This document shows, piece after piece, positions 63,180 to 64,000 of a stretch of DNA of 64,000 nucleotides (within the stretch, counting starts at the first letter, position 1; every line of letters begins with the position of its first letter). The translations under genes and the position numbers were made by a program. The stretch is taken from assembly GCF_001194135.2 (NCBI RefSeq), contig NC_068996.1, positions 8,852,112 through 8,916,111 of the forward strand, written 5' to 3'. Under the pieces are notes generated by a model. The model worked only from the letters and a program-made list of their open reading frames with translations, made no database searches and was not told where the DNA came from. The DNA comes from Octopus bimaculoides. Taxonomy: Eukaryota.

Positions 63180-63903
63180 ATATCTGTTCTATACCACAAA
63201 ATATGCAAGTATTCGAAGTTTGAAAGTGTTTCGGTACCAAAAACACTACATAAAAAAATGTTGCCCGTCAAATCACAAAGATCCTTAGTTTTAGGATTAC
63301 GGTTAGGGTTATGATTATTTTTGCCATAACCTTAACTCTAACCCTATAACTCATAACCATAACCCTAACCCTAACCCTAAAACCCTAACCCTAAACCCTT
63401 ACTAGGGAATAATGATATAATTAAACAGGGAATAACACACTTGACACCGAACAGCACTAACTGTATTCAGCTGAATAGACGTCAGTGATTGGTTGAAATT
63501 ACAGAAATACGACANNNNNNNNNNNNNNNNNNNNNNNNNNNNNNNNNNNNNNNNNNNNNNNNNNNNNNNNNNNNNNNNNNNNNNNNNNNNNNNNNNNNNN
63601 NNNNNNNNNNNNNNNNNNNNNNNNNNNNNNNNNNNNNNNNNNNNNNNNNNNTAATTTTATTCAAGGGAAAAAATCCCGTAACACCGTTGTTTACATTCCA
63701 CGGCATAATTGTTTTCACATCAATAGAAGTCAGTGATTGGTTGAAATTACCGAAATACGACAATTTTTTACATGAAATAACTTCGAATACAAACTTTTTT
63801 ATCTGTTCTATACCACAAAATATACAAGTATTCGAAGTTAGAAAGTGTTTCGGTACCAAAAACACTACATAAAAAAATGTTGCCCGTCAAATCACAAAGG
63901 TCC
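63180..63903. mobile_element. Family D (TTAGGG/CCCTAA) element pieces around an N gap
   Basis: Right-end TIR ...gttgcccgtcaaatcacaaagatcc ends at 63284 and again at 63903; (ccctaa)n at ~63330-63400. Confidence 0.8.
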
Positions 63904-64000
63904 CCATTCGTTTATGCATGGACTTTCAGTTAAAAATTATTAGGTTTTTTTTTTTTTTAAATCATGAAACTGACTGTGGTTAGAGGATTTGTAGTACTTT

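Overview
AT-rich, repeat-saturated animal genomic DNA from a draft assembly with many N gaps. The SINE families and microsatellite load point to an octopus, by inference from recognised repeat types. No intact protein-coding gene, rRNA, true tRNA or CRISPR array can be supported. The window is a mosaic of decayed mobile elements: three Penelope-like retroelements (PLEs), three R4/Dong-type LINE fragments, Tx1, CR1 and RTE fragments, mariner, pogo and hAT remnants and MITEs, a TTAGGG-carrying foldback family with 8-bp target-site duplications (TSDs), and about five SINE-like families. The most notable signal is a set of type I hammerhead-ribozyme (HHR) folds found by hand at 2.4/5.5 kb, 6.6/7.2 kb, 9.5 kb, 51.7 kb and 57.1/57.5 kb. 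Those at 2.4-9.5 kb lie in inverted PLE termini; those at 51.7 and 57.1/57.5 kb stand alone next to TA microsatellites. Each carries a lesion in the catalytic core. Several strong minus-strand splice signals (58.2, 53.6, 47.3 and 44.3 kb), including a 13-nt microexon candidate, suggest the window lies inside a large unidentified gene. There are also several long hairpins that would be ADAR substrates if transcribed. Coordinates were counted by hand; repeat boundaries are approximate, typically within about 10-20 nt.
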